From the NCBI RefSeq assembly GCF_001194135.2, contig NC_068992.1, forward strand, positions 50,149,027-50,213,026: a stretch of 64,000 nt of DNA, in the 5' to 3' direction. This document shows, in pieces, positions 25,230 through 37,865 of the stretch. Each line of letters starts with the position of its first letter. The stretch's first letter is position 1. The translations under genes were made by a program, and so were the position numbers. The notes under the pieces are model-generated. The model was not told the DNA's origin. It saw nothing but the letters and a program-made list of their open reading frames with translations, and did not search any database. The DNA is from Octopus bimaculoides. Taxonomy: Eukaryota.

Positions 25230-25841
25230 GGATCGTTTTTAAAACGGGGGCCACATTTTTCATTAATGTTTTACGTAGTGTTTTTGGTACCGAAAGACTT
25301 TCAAACTTCGTATACTTATCTATTTTGTGTTATAGAACAGAAAAATATTTTTGTATTCGAATTTATTTCATGTAAAAAATTGTCTTATTTCGATAATTTC
25401 AACCAATCACTGACAAGTATTCAGTTGTTTACATTTACTCCTTTGGCTGATTAAGCCATAGCTTCGTTTTATTTGCTTTTTTCATTTTATATATTTGCTT
25501 TTTTCATTTTAAATTTGCTTTTTTCATTTTCTTCGTTTTATTTGCTTTTTTCTTTTTAAATTTGCTGTTTTACCCTAACCCTAACCCTATCACCGATAGA
25601 ATTGTTTCAGAATCGTTTGTTTATGTAGTCGGCACTTAATGTATATCGGCTGAATGGACGTCAGTGATTGGTTGAAATTACAGAAATACGACAACTTTAA
25701 CATGGAATAACTTAGGGATTTCTTTTTTTTTTTTAAGAAGACTAAGAGAAAAAGATGTTTTATATGACACATTCTACCAGTGTTCCAAGTTTCAAAGTGT
25801 TTCGTTAATGAAAAATGTGGCCCCCGTTTTAAAAAAGATCC
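25230..25841. mobile_element. GG-ended MITE (Merlin-like) with 8-bp TSD
   Basis: ~37-bp TIRs GGATC...CATTAA / TTAATG...GATCC. TSD TTCATTTC at 25222-25229 and 25842-25849. Internal inverted TTTCAACCAATCACTGAC; CCCTAA repeats near 25572-25590. Confidence 0.9.
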
Positions 25842-26961
25842 TTCATTTCTACTGTAGCAAGGATTCAAAACCTAACTGCTATATACTCGGTCAGATACCA
25901 CGAATGAACCACCATAGTTTCACATGATCAGTCTATAAGTCGACCAATCAGCATGAAGCAGTGACATTATATAGTTTTCTTGAATGTTTTAAAATTTAGA
26001 TTCTGGTTCCGTATTAAAAAAAAAAAAGAAGTTTGGTGCACATTTTAGAGAGCAGACGGCTAACGGACTGCTGAGGCCACGTTTCACCTCGAAGATTTGC
26101 GCAGATGACCTCTTGTATTTTTGAACTGACTGCATTCTTGTCACTCAGCTTTCCACAACTTCAGTGTAGTTTTCCTCTCCCCATCTTTATGTTTGGCAAT
26201 AAATATTTCAGTTAAGATTTTCGAGAGGTTTGCTTCAGTTATTATTTACGCAGCCAACGAAATATGTCTTTATTGACCAGCTAAATTCGAGCGACGGCAA
26301 GCAGTCATCGATACTACTATGACAACCAATATCTTCAGAAATGCAATTCAAAAGAAAATAGCTGTAACTAGGAATCGAAACTAGTGTTGTGAGCCATCAA
26401 ACTTTAATGGCCTTAATCACTGATATTCATTTACTTTGGCGATCTCTCTCTGATAGAGAAGGAACAAGATTTCCGGTTTGAGATGAAAAGGGAAGTAAAT
26501 GAAGTGGTGCGATGTGGGTTCGATTCCGGACCCAGAATAATTTAGAACATCTTCATATATCGCCTTTTACAGAGCACAGACCCTTACCTGGCTTCTTTCC
26601 AGGTACCAGTTATTCCACCTCCTCGAAGAAATTGAACTAGTTGAATCCACCACCACTGTCAGTAAGAATATTGTTCAATCACATCAGTTGACACAAACAA
26701 CAATGATACTTAACAAAAACAAAAACAACAACAAAATATAAAAAAACAGTCTGGGGCACTAATGTGTAGACATGCCGCATAATGTCTTAAAAGAAAATGG
26801 TATAAACACGGTTGAAAAGGATTTGAGAAAAGATCTGCTCTTCAAGGTTGACCTGGTGCTAAATAAAAGTAAAAATAATTGTAGTAGGCTTGGAGGTAGC
26901 TTTAAAGACCTATTTTACTATTAAAGATAACAAACGGCTTCCAGTCAACCTTATCACGCAC

Positions 26962-27013
<52 letters not shown>

Positions 27014-27915
27014 TCGATATGTAAATCAAGACAGCTCTGAATGAATTAAATAAAATAATTAAATACAAAACCATACAAAAAACTACATTGAGGATACCAG
27101 AGTGTTTTTTTTTCTTTCTTAGATAAACGTTGTCTATGATGATTGATGATAAGGAAAAAGGTAAAGATATGATTAAATTACATATACATGTATGTGTGTG
27201 TTTGTGTATCAGTATGTATGTGTTTGTGTAGGAAATTATCTTTGCTACTTTATCACTCACTATCTGTCTTCGTATCTCACCACCCGTATCTGTCTATTTT
27301 TTTTCTTTTCGTTTATCATTCTACCCATCTAAGAACAAGCTGTTTATATCCACGCATTCAACCATCCGTAGCTAGCTAACTTTACGTCTACTAATAATTG
27401 CGTTTGCTTGAGAGACAGAGAGAGAGAGAAAGAAAGAAAGAAAAAGAGAGAATTATAAGCACTAATCTGATAGAAAAGGAGACGGAGGGCGCATGCACAC
27501 TGATAGGACAAGAATTAGGGCTTCTAATATCTTTATTAAAGGATCAACCGAAAATTCAAACACATACATACACACAGACATTGTATATATATATACCCCC
27601 GCCCACAATGTTGGGATATTTGATATCTTTCAATTGTGATGTGTCTTTTTTTCATGTTATTGTTGTTTATTTCCCTCGCAGATCAAGAAATTTCTTTATT
27701 TTTTTCCTCACCCACCGCAAACCTACATTGCTTTATTATAAGTTCAAAGAAATAACAGAATTTAATTATCAGAAATGTGCTCCTTTGGGCGAATTTAAAA
27801 ACCCAATCTCGTTAGATCTATTTATCCACCTTATATATATTATTCATTCACCTGTAGTTTCTAAAAGACCTTATGTCTTAAGAGAACAAAATATAATCAC
27901 ACACGTGTGTGTGTG

Positions 27916-27970
<55 letters not shown>

Positions 27971-29385
27971 AGTCAGGAGACACGAAATACACGAAGATGC
28001 TTTGAATAACTCGAAACTAAGAAGCATGACATACAGAGAAAAAGACAGATGATTACGATAAATATCCTGTGTATATAAAAACACCCAACGTACCCTGTGA
28101 ACACTGTGTTGCATATGTTGTGTGTACTGATACAGCCTTTACTTAATAGTAGCAGGCTTAATACAGTTGTGAAATGAAGCTACTTCCATAACACATGGCT
28201 TTTAACAATTGGCCATACCTATATTTGTGTGTGTGTTAGACAGAATGTTACTGCAACAATGTCATCCCATTAAGAAAGTCCTGTGCGATCGATGATCGAT
28301 CGATTGGACGAATGCAGACTGGAAGTATGCAAACCTGTGACCGGAGACTGGGGGAGGAAATGACAACACAATCAACAGATAATGTAGTGTAGAGAAACTT
28401 GTTTAAGCTTGATACTAATGGAAGTCTTCCTCGCCTTCAATCACGCGTTACTATCATCGAGCACGCGCGCACGCGCACACTTTGAATAAAAATGAAAGGA
28501 TTCAATGGATAGTGAAAATTCTAGATTATACATTGTGAGTGAATGAATGATGTGACAGTCATTTATTATAAGGATTGATCCAGGGTTAAATATACAAAAC
28601 ACCATATATTCGAGGAGGAAAACAAATCATTTTGGAGGAATTAAGATAATACTAAAGTTTAACGTGCCTTACATTCCAGCAGAGATCAATACAGTACTAA
28701 ATCACACACACACATACATGCATCCATATACACCACATTCACACACGCTCATATACATGCACACATGCATGCACATATACATACTCGCACTCACTTATGC
28801 ACACACATGCATATATACATACATACTGATAAGAGAGAATAGGCCATAATTAATATCAACGGTGTATTTTAAAATCAAAGGGCTCATCAGATGATGAAAT
28901 ATATCATGAATTATTTGGGGGTTATACACGGAGTTTATACAGTGCTGAAATAAACGGAAGGACAACTTGTGATACACAGTAGAGAGGCAACAAGAGTTGG
29001 CCCTAATGTGATTTGAACTCATAAAAATGAGTCATCGATGCCTCATCAATCCAATGATGGATTCTCAGAAAGTTTAGTATTTCGAAAACAGAGCATGAAC
29101 AATGCACGGACAAGGATGTCTCTAAGTAGTGTTCCAAGCTGTTAGAAACAGCAACTAAACTTTGCTACCGTCTTCAGGAGAGAGAGACACACTGGATAAT
29201 GGGCGCGCGCGTAATGCTTGAGAGGAAGACATGATAGTCAAGGGCTGAAAGCATCTGATCAGAGGTTTGCTCATTCAGGTCTTGCCTGTGGCTAAACAAG
29301 AAAAGAACAGCTGCTAGAAAGCAATGAGAGAGAGAGAGAGAGAGAGAGGGCATATAACATACGAGTGGTTAATGAGTGAATCGAG

Positions 29386-29452
<67 letters not shown>

Positions 29453-30048
29453 CATATATATACATATATACATATATATATATACACATACATACACACC
29501 AATATAAATATGTATATCCACTCATTCACGTTTATACACACAAATATAAGTGCAACGCACAAAACTATCACTCTACGTACCGAATACTCATAAATATATA
29601 GGCATAATGCACACACACATACACACACCCAATGCAACGCAATATATATGCGCATGTATGAATATGTATGTATATAAAATGCAAGCTCCGTAGTTATGCA
29701 TGTGTATGTATATAACACAGATTAAAGCTAACGAGATGGAGAGAGAGTAAGCGTTTAATAGCATGGGGTTGATATTAACATGAGAAAAAAAAAAAGACCA
29801 CCACCACCACATTACCAACAAATTACATCACACTGTGTAACGAAGAAATTGTATAAATAAGATAATTACAGAAGTAATAAGTTCTCCATACAAAATGATT
29901 TGGTTATTTTTTTATTAACCGTTTTTCTCCAGGGACAATTCTGATATCAGAACAAAACGAACCTCAAACGTTCGGGTATGTGTTCAATGAATGTGTAATA
30001 TGTAATCACAATTCGTTTCATCTTTTTGATTGTGTATATAAATATGTT

Positions 30049-30079
<31 letters not shown>

Positions 30080-30730
30080 ATAGGGTGGGTGGGAATGTGT
30101 ACCCAGAGAGACGGGTATAGACATACAGATTGACATATATCTGATCACCAACCAAACTCAATAATAGTCATACATAACATCTAGCAACATAAATAAATGC
30201 ACCAGCGGTTAGGATAAACAAAACTACAATATAATGTTGACAACTAGAGCATATATATATATCCACACACACACACACACACATATATATGTTCATATAC
30301 ACATATACATATATATATACACATATATAAACATGTTCATGAACACACACACACACACACATATACATATATAAACATATACACAAAAATCATAAGCACA
30401 CGCATACGAACATACAAGCATACTTTTCTATTAGTCGATAGAATGTGACGTGCAGGCGGAATCGTGAAGCACGCCGGACAAAATGTTTGCGATATTTCTT
30501 CCGGCTTCACGTCCTCAGCCAATATCGACTTCGCCTTTCACCCATTTCGGAGTCTAGGACTAGGGGTTGGTGTAATCGACTGCACCCGCTCCTTCAAAAT
30601 TCCAGGCATTATGAATATAGTCGGAACGATAATTAATCGGCATAAGTTGTAGTGACTCAGGGGCCGAGAGTTTCGTTCAGTGATACTTAACAAATATAAT
30701 TGCCAAAGTACGAAACTCTCGATGGTTGAG

Positions 30731-30826
30731 TTATAGCCTCGGGCCGACCAAAGCCTTGGGAGTGGATTTGGTAGACGGAAGCTGAAAGAAGCCCGTCGTA
30801 TATATATATGTATGTATGTATGTATG

Positions 30827-30861
<35 letters not shown>

Positions 30862-31040
30862 CCCAACATCGCTTGACAACCGATGCTGGTGTGTTTACGT
30901 CCCCGTAACTTAGCGGTTCGGCAAAACTGACCGATAGAATAAGTACCAGGCTTCCAAAAAATAAGTCCTGGGGTCGATTTGCTCGGCTAAAGGCGGTGCT
31001 CCAGCATGGCCACAGTCAAATGACTGAAACAAGTAAAAGA
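30731..31040 (+). mobile_element. SINE type A, 5'-truncated, CpG-rich
   Basis: Begins at TATAGCCTCGGGCCGACC and continues through the tail. Confidence 0.9.
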
Positions 31041-31148
31041 ATAATATTTTGTTTTATTTTCTTGCTTGTATCACAAAACCAATATAAACATACATAGTCT
31101 ACGTATTGAAATAAATACACTTGCTTTTTCAGGACAAAACAAATCTAA

Positions 31149-31185
<37 letters not shown>

Positions 31186-31522
31186 GCTCACACAAGGTAC
31201 AGGATTTATGCACGAGATCTCTGTATTGTATTATATATAGTTCATGTTGTTAGGCGCCAGATTAGGCTAATTCAAAGATAGTTTAGTTGAGATTAGAAAC
31301 TCGTAGTTTATTCTGACATAAAACACCTAGGAGTATATTATGAAATGTATCGCTGATTATCAATATTTATTTTTTTTAACTCGGCAGGGCGTGATTTGAG
31401 GGAAACCTAGCTGTTATTTCTAGCATTTAAAGAAAAACTACGATGTAAAAGATTTCATTTGTGGACAATTGATTGTATATGATCAGTGCGTGTAATGTAT
31501 TATAACCAGTAGTGCGTGTGCG

Positions 31523-31557
<35 letters not shown>

Positions 31558-31600
31558 TTTTGTACACATGCATTTAATGAACATCTATACATACATAATG

Positions 31601-31828
31601 GGTACTACTAAAGCAGCGCGGACCCGAACGCGCAGTCGCGCGACCGCGCTAGCTAGTCTTGAGTGGTCGATCCTAACCCTAACCTTATCCCTAACCCTAA
31701 CCCTGTCCCTAACCCTATCCCTAACCCTATCCCTAACCCGCGTGTGCAAATGAATACGTGTTTAGGGTTAGGGTTAGGATCGACCACGCGCGACTGCGCG
31801 TTCGGGTCCGCGCTGCTTTAGTAGTACC
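31601..31828. mobile_element. 228-bp GG-ended MITE (Merlin-like) with 9-bp TSD and telomere-type repeats
   Basis: Perfect 42-bp TIRs (31601-31642 and 31787-31828). TSD TACATAATG at 31592-31600 and 31829-31837. Internal CCCTAA-like run facing a TTAGGG run. Confidence 0.92.
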
Positions 31829-32079
31829 TACATAATGTCCTGTAGGTGAAGTATTAAATATGCATATATACATACACGCGCGCGTACCTAAGTAGTCAGT
31901 CTGTATATGTGAAGTAATTGAAAAGCTGTTTATGACTTGATTTACAGACCCGCTCTGGCAACTAGTTTAAAAATTGACATTAATCTTATTTTGTGAGAAT
32001 GAAAGAAACCTTTTAGACATTAGCATATCATGATAACAACTATTACTACTATCATTATTATTATTAGTTTTTTCACTAA

Positions 32080-32890
32080 AGTAAGTACCAGTGACATACT
32101 GGTGTCAATTTAATCGACTGGTCTCCTTCCCCAAAATTTCAGGCCTTGTGCATATAGTAGAAAAGGATTATTAAGGCGGCGAGCTGGCAGAATCGTTAGC
32201 ACGCCGGATGAATTGCTTAGCAATATTTCGCCCGTTGCTATGTTCTGAGTTCAAATTTCGCCGAGGTCGACCTTGCCTTTTCATCCTTTAGGTGTCGATA
32301 AAATAAGTACCAGTTGAATAAACTGGGGTGGGGGTCGATGTAATAGACTCGTCTCCTCCCTCACAATTGCTGTCCATGTGGGAAAATTTGGTCGATGTAA
32401 TCGACTTAATCCCTTTGTCTGTCCTTGTTTGTCCCCTGTCTGTTTAGCCCCTTGTGGGCAATAAAGAAATAAATTATTATTATTATTAAAAAGGCGGCGA
32501 GCTGGCAGAATTGTTAGCATGCCGGACGAAATGCTTAGCGGTATTTCGTTCAGAGTTCAAATTCTGCTGAGGTTGACTTTGCCTTTCATCTTTTCGGGAT
32601 CAATAAAATAAGTACCAATGAAACACTAGGGTCGATGTAATTGATAACTCCCGTCCCCCAAATTTCAGGCCTGGTACCTATGGCAGAAAGGATTATAATT
32701 ATCATTAAGGTGGTGAGCCAGAGAAAATGCATAGCAGAAATTCATCTGTCTTCATGAGGCGAGTTCAGATTCTACTGAGGTCGACTTTACCTTAAAAATA
32801 AGTACCAGTTGACAACTGGAGTCGATTGTCATCGACCTAGCACCCGCCATCAAAATTCAAAAGGCTTGAAATTAATAGAAAGGATTATTA
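32080..32890 (+). mobile_element. Head-to-tail cluster of about four SINE type C copies
   Basis: AAGGCGGCGAGCTGGCAGAA heads near 32175 and 32492 and a diverged head near 32707, plus an upstream tail-only piece; units are separated by ATT-rich tails. Confidence 0.85.
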
Positions 32891-33266
32891 TTTTTGGGGG
32901 GGAAGAGAAATATTATAAATGAGCACCATCAAATCATGCACATATATTTACATGCCTATAATATACATACACATATAACATATATACATATAGAGGCATA
33001 CACATATAGACATACACATTCATATATATAGAAATATACATATAACATATATACACATTCATATATATATAGAAATATACATATAACATATATATATATA
33101 TATACACACATACAGACATACATTTAAACATATACCCACACATAGTGTGTATATATAATAGTGTACATAGATGAATGGAGATAGATAGATAGATAGATAG
33201 ATAGATAAAGATAAACAGGCAAACAGATTCAGAGAGATAGGTAGATAGACAGGCAAACAGATAGAC

Positions 33267-33363
<97 letters not shown>

Positions 33364-33801
33364 TAGGCAAACAGACAGGCAAATAGATATAGATAGATTG
33401 ACAGGCAGATAGACAGACAGGCAAATAGATATAGATAGATAGACAAGCAAAAAGATATAGATAGTTAGATAAATAGACGGGCAGATAGATGGATAGACAG
33501 ATAGAAAACACACAGAGTAAGGTAGTGTTAAGTTTTTACACAGATAATACATGAACCAGGCGTGATTTCAGGAAAAACCCTTTCACGCCCCAACCCACGG
33601 TCGTCAATAACTACAGCATGACCCCTATCTAACCCCTTGTTGTTAAGGTGTCAGTGATAGGGGTTGATTTTGCAAATACAGAGACAATGATATGAAGTCA
33701 CCGGTGTACATATATATCAGAGAAAAACGTAGACAAAAGTGAGAAAGGAGTTTGTCTGTGTAAGGTAGTCGATAATCATAGATAAGCTGTTTCCTAGAAT
33801 T

Positions 33802-33852
<51 letters not shown>

Positions 33853-36215
33853 GCATACACACGTGTGTACATGTGTACAGCATATACACCGACACTAACA
33901 TACATTTTAAATTCTGGAGGGCGGTGCTTCGGTATGGCCTTGGCCTTGATGGCTGAAACAAATTAAAAAACATCCTTTTCTTTGTGTGCGTATATTTGCT
34001 TTAATATATCTGTGTGTTTATAAGTACACATGTCTGTGTATGTATATGTGTGTATGTGTATCTCTACATGCATGTATATACATTAAACCTACACAGGTAT
34101 CTGAAATGGCTAAAAACATTATATATATATACATTCTTTCAATATATATATTAATATTTCGTTTACCAACACATTGGTTGTATAGAAACAGAATAATTGC
34201 TGCATGACGGCGGTTAAATGTTTAAATATATCAAAAAATGTATAATAAAGCACTAACCTTCCTAAATTTTCGCCAATGGTATAATAATTCTCAACTGGTT
34301 CTTGTTTAAATTCCATGACAAAGGTACGTGTGTGGAAAGTGAAAAAAAAAAAATAATTGTAAAGCAGGAAAAAGACGATTTCACCAGTGAACACCCTATT
34401 ACTGGTGTTGTCAGATTTTATATGTATATATTTACAGAATATATAATATATTTATATATAAATTTAAATAAAAACTAAATAAATTGTTAACTAATTAGAA
34501 GAGTGTCCAACTGAAAACCACTCATGATCTCTGATCAGAGTGAGCTAAAGAGAACATAAAGCAAGGAATCACTTTGTAAACAGAAATTTCAGTAAATTGG
34601 AAGAGACCCGGTGCTCCCACTCTTTGTATATCTCATTCTAACACTCATGTCGAACTGCCTGCTTCTGTCAAGCAACTGACACATACTCTCTCATTCTGTT
34701 TCTCTCCCTCTCTTTATATTATTAATATTTCTGTTTATCTCTCTCTCTCTCTCTCTGTATGTATTTTGACTCTTTCGTTTTCACTCCTCTCTGCCACTCC
34801 GTGCTGGCTGTTGTAGTCATGGTAGTAGTAGTAGTAGTAACAGTTGTTGTCTGACTGAAAGAGAGAAGGGAGGGAGGAACGAAGAAGAGGAGGGAAAACA
34901 AATCCTCATTCACTCATTCATAAAAACAGAGGCTAACAGGAGAAGTATGGTGAAGCAGATTTTTATCAAAGTGTTCAGATCTGGCGGCTTGCTCGGCCGA
35001 CTTTTTTTAAAAGATCACAACGACAACTACTGACTAGGAAGCAGTATTTAAAGCAGGTTTTGTTGTTACAGCACACATGGCCCGCATGTTAGATTACGAT
35101 CTGCAGGTCACATAACTGGCCTGGGGGAAGGAGTCTCCAACGTACTACTCGCCTTCTGAACGTGGAAATAATGATATCCGGGTGAAGGATGGGCCGAGGG
35201 TGGGCGAAAAAAAGCATTTATAACGATTATAACATTAATTACAAGACTCGTCATAGTCGTATATACTATCTATTATACTATGGCAGCCTCTTATTGTGGT
35301 CACTTTCGAAGCCTTCTCCCCCATTTATCTCTATAATGATAATAACCGATATAAATGTCGGTTGGTTGGCTGGCTGGTTCGTTTGTTGGTTGATTTTTCC
35401 GGTCACGCTTTTCCGCTTTTCCTCGTACAGAGAGAAAGAGACCGGAATAATGTCAACATTTTTAATGGAATTTTGCTGATAGATTTTTCGATAGAGTAGA
35501 TTGTGATTATCCTTTTCCAATTTTCTGAGACACTGCCTTGAAGGGGGGGGGGGTTCTCAAACAAATCGACCCCGATCCTTATCTTGTAAATCTTGTACTT
35601 ATTTTATCGATTTCTTTTGCTGACCTACTAACTTAGAGGAATGTAAACAAACCAACACTTACTGAGCGGTAGGTGCGCCACAAACGTACCGACACACTCA
35701 GATATGTGTGCACGCTATGTTCGCTATAGTTCGTCTCCCTACTACTTGATAACCGGTGCTGGTTTGTTTACGTTCCTGTGATCCAGAGGTCAAGGCTAAA
35801 GAAACCGATAGAATATCTGTTAGTCTTTAAAAATTAATACTGGAGTCGATTTGTTCATTTGGATGCTTTAAGGTGATGTCTTGGCATGGATACAGCTCAC
35901 TAATCGAAACAAGTAAAAGATAAAAGGTAAACTTTAATAAACTAGTACACATGGTATAGGCGCGGCTGTGTGTGGTTGACGATGATGATGATGAAGGGGA
36001 GGAGCAGTTGATGGCCTTTATACAGACTTCTGCAACATAATTTGTTTAATTTTTGCTTACATAAACATTGTCAGTAATGGAAAGGGTGATGGATACATGG
36101 TGGTGGTGGCGCTGGTACTGGGCATTTTTATATGTAAGATATGATATAATATTCATGTAGGTAATGAGCAAAAGTAAAACAAACAAAAAAATAATAATAA
36201 TTAAAAAATAGTCAG

Positions 36216-36640
36216 TTACTCTTTTACTCTTGTTTCAGTCATTTGACTGTGGCCATACTGGAGCACCGCCTTTAGTCGAGCAAATCGACCCCAGGACTTA
36301 TTCTTTGGAAGCCTAGTACTTATTCTATCGGTTTCTTTTGCCGAACCGCTAGTTGACGGAGACGTAAACACACCAGCATCGGTTATCAAACGATGTTGGG
36401 GGGGACAAACACAGACACACAAACATATACACACACACACACACACACGCATATATATATATATACATATATATACAACGGGCTTCTTTCAGTTTTCCGT
36501 CTACCAAATCCACTCACAAGGCTTTGGTCGGCCTGAGACTATAGTAGAAGACACTTGCCCAATGTGCCACACAGTGGGACTGAACCCGGAACCATGTAGT
36601 TCGTAAGCAAGCTACTTACCACACAGCCACTCCTGGGCCT
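36216..36640 (-). mobile_element. SINE type A, full length
   Basis: Reverse complement of 13935-14396. Confidence 0.92.
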
Positions 36641-36992
36641 ACATGAGTTATGAAAAAAACATTAATTGCTGATCACTGGATTAGAGGGAAGCCACTGAGA
36701 TGCTAAGTTCTGATATGGCTTCCATCCAAGGTTAAGGCTGTTTTAGTTTCATTTAGTTCTGCATTCCTATGAAATGCCACAATGTAGAGAACATTATAAA
36801 GGAAGCCATTGCCACTCTGGGACCTGATACAATTTCCATCCGTAAATACAGTTGTTGCTTGGTTTCATGTGGACCACTGGGAATAAAACATGGGTGACAT
36901 AATTTCCCATTTACATGTAAACATATATGTTTATGTAATGTTTACAGTATTTGTGTCAAGTTAGCCTAGCTGAACATACCGACATATAGTAG

Positions 36993-37330
36993 TAACTGGC
37001 ACTCTGTTGCTTATGACAACGAGGGCTCCAGTTGAGCTGATCTGATCAACGGAATGGCCAGCTCATCAAATTAAACCTGCAAGTGGCTGAATGCTCCACG
37101 GTCAAACATACCCTTAATGTAGTTCTCAAAGAGATTCAGTATGATACAGAATGTGACAATGCTAGCACTTTGAATCACAGATAGTACTACTCACTTTTGC
37201 TATGTTGCTGAACTGGAGCAGTGTGAAATAAAGTGTCTTGCTCAAGGACACAGCATGTCACTGGGAATTGAACTCACAGTCATACAGTTATGAGCTGAAC
37301 ACCTTAACCACTAAGCCATGCATTTTCACT
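36993..37330 (-). mobile_element. Older chimeric SINE: type E head/CORE-like block plus type B tail
   Basis: 37210-37325 matches type E (GTGTCCTTGAGCAAGACAC on the minus strand); 36995-37170 matches the type B tail. Confidence 0.7.
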
Positions 37331-37336
37331 AAGGCA

Positions 37337-37371
<35 letters not shown>

Positions 37372-37519
37372 ATAATAATTGTTGTTGTTGTTGCTGCTAT
37401 TTTGTCTCCAAGTCAGTTCTGATCAAAATGCTTTCCAACAGTGACCACCTCATTTTAGAATCAGGCATTCCTTTTTATTCATTTCCTGGACCCCATATGA
37501 ACCAAATTATTTACTTTCA

Positions 37520-37865
37520 TCATCATCATCATCATCGTCGTCGTTTAATGTCTGCTTTCCATGCTAGCATGGGTTGGATGATTTGACTGAGGACTGGTGA
37601 TCCAAATGGCTACACCAGACTCCAATCTGATTTGGCAGAGTTTCTACAGCTGGATGCTCTTCCTAATGCCAACCACTCCGAGAGTGTAGTGGGTGCTTTT
37701 ACGTGCTACCGGCACGAAGGCAAGTCAGGCGGTACTGGCAACAGCCATGCTCAAAATGGCGTCTTTTACGTGCCATCTGCACAGAAGCCAGTCCAGGGGC
37801 ACTGGGAACAATCTCGCTCGAATGTCTTTACACATGCCACTGGCACAAGTGCCAAAGCAACCATG
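37520..37865 (-). mobile_element. RTE LINE 3' UTR fragment
   Basis: Reverse complement of 53580-53930, ending in a (GAT)n tail. Confidence 0.85.

Noticed and set aside
27398-28009. 203-aa ORF in the CpG domain
   Set aside because: It is stitched from AG, CA, TG and TA microsatellites and AT-rich sequence.
31665-31780. Telomere fusion site or chromosome end
   Set aside because: The orientation is CCCTAA then TTAGGG, opposite to an end-to-end fusion, and the repeats lie within TIRs and a TSD.
34947-35033. MVKQIFIK resembling a ubiquitin N-terminus
   Set aside because: The ORF is only 28 codons and has no further similarity.
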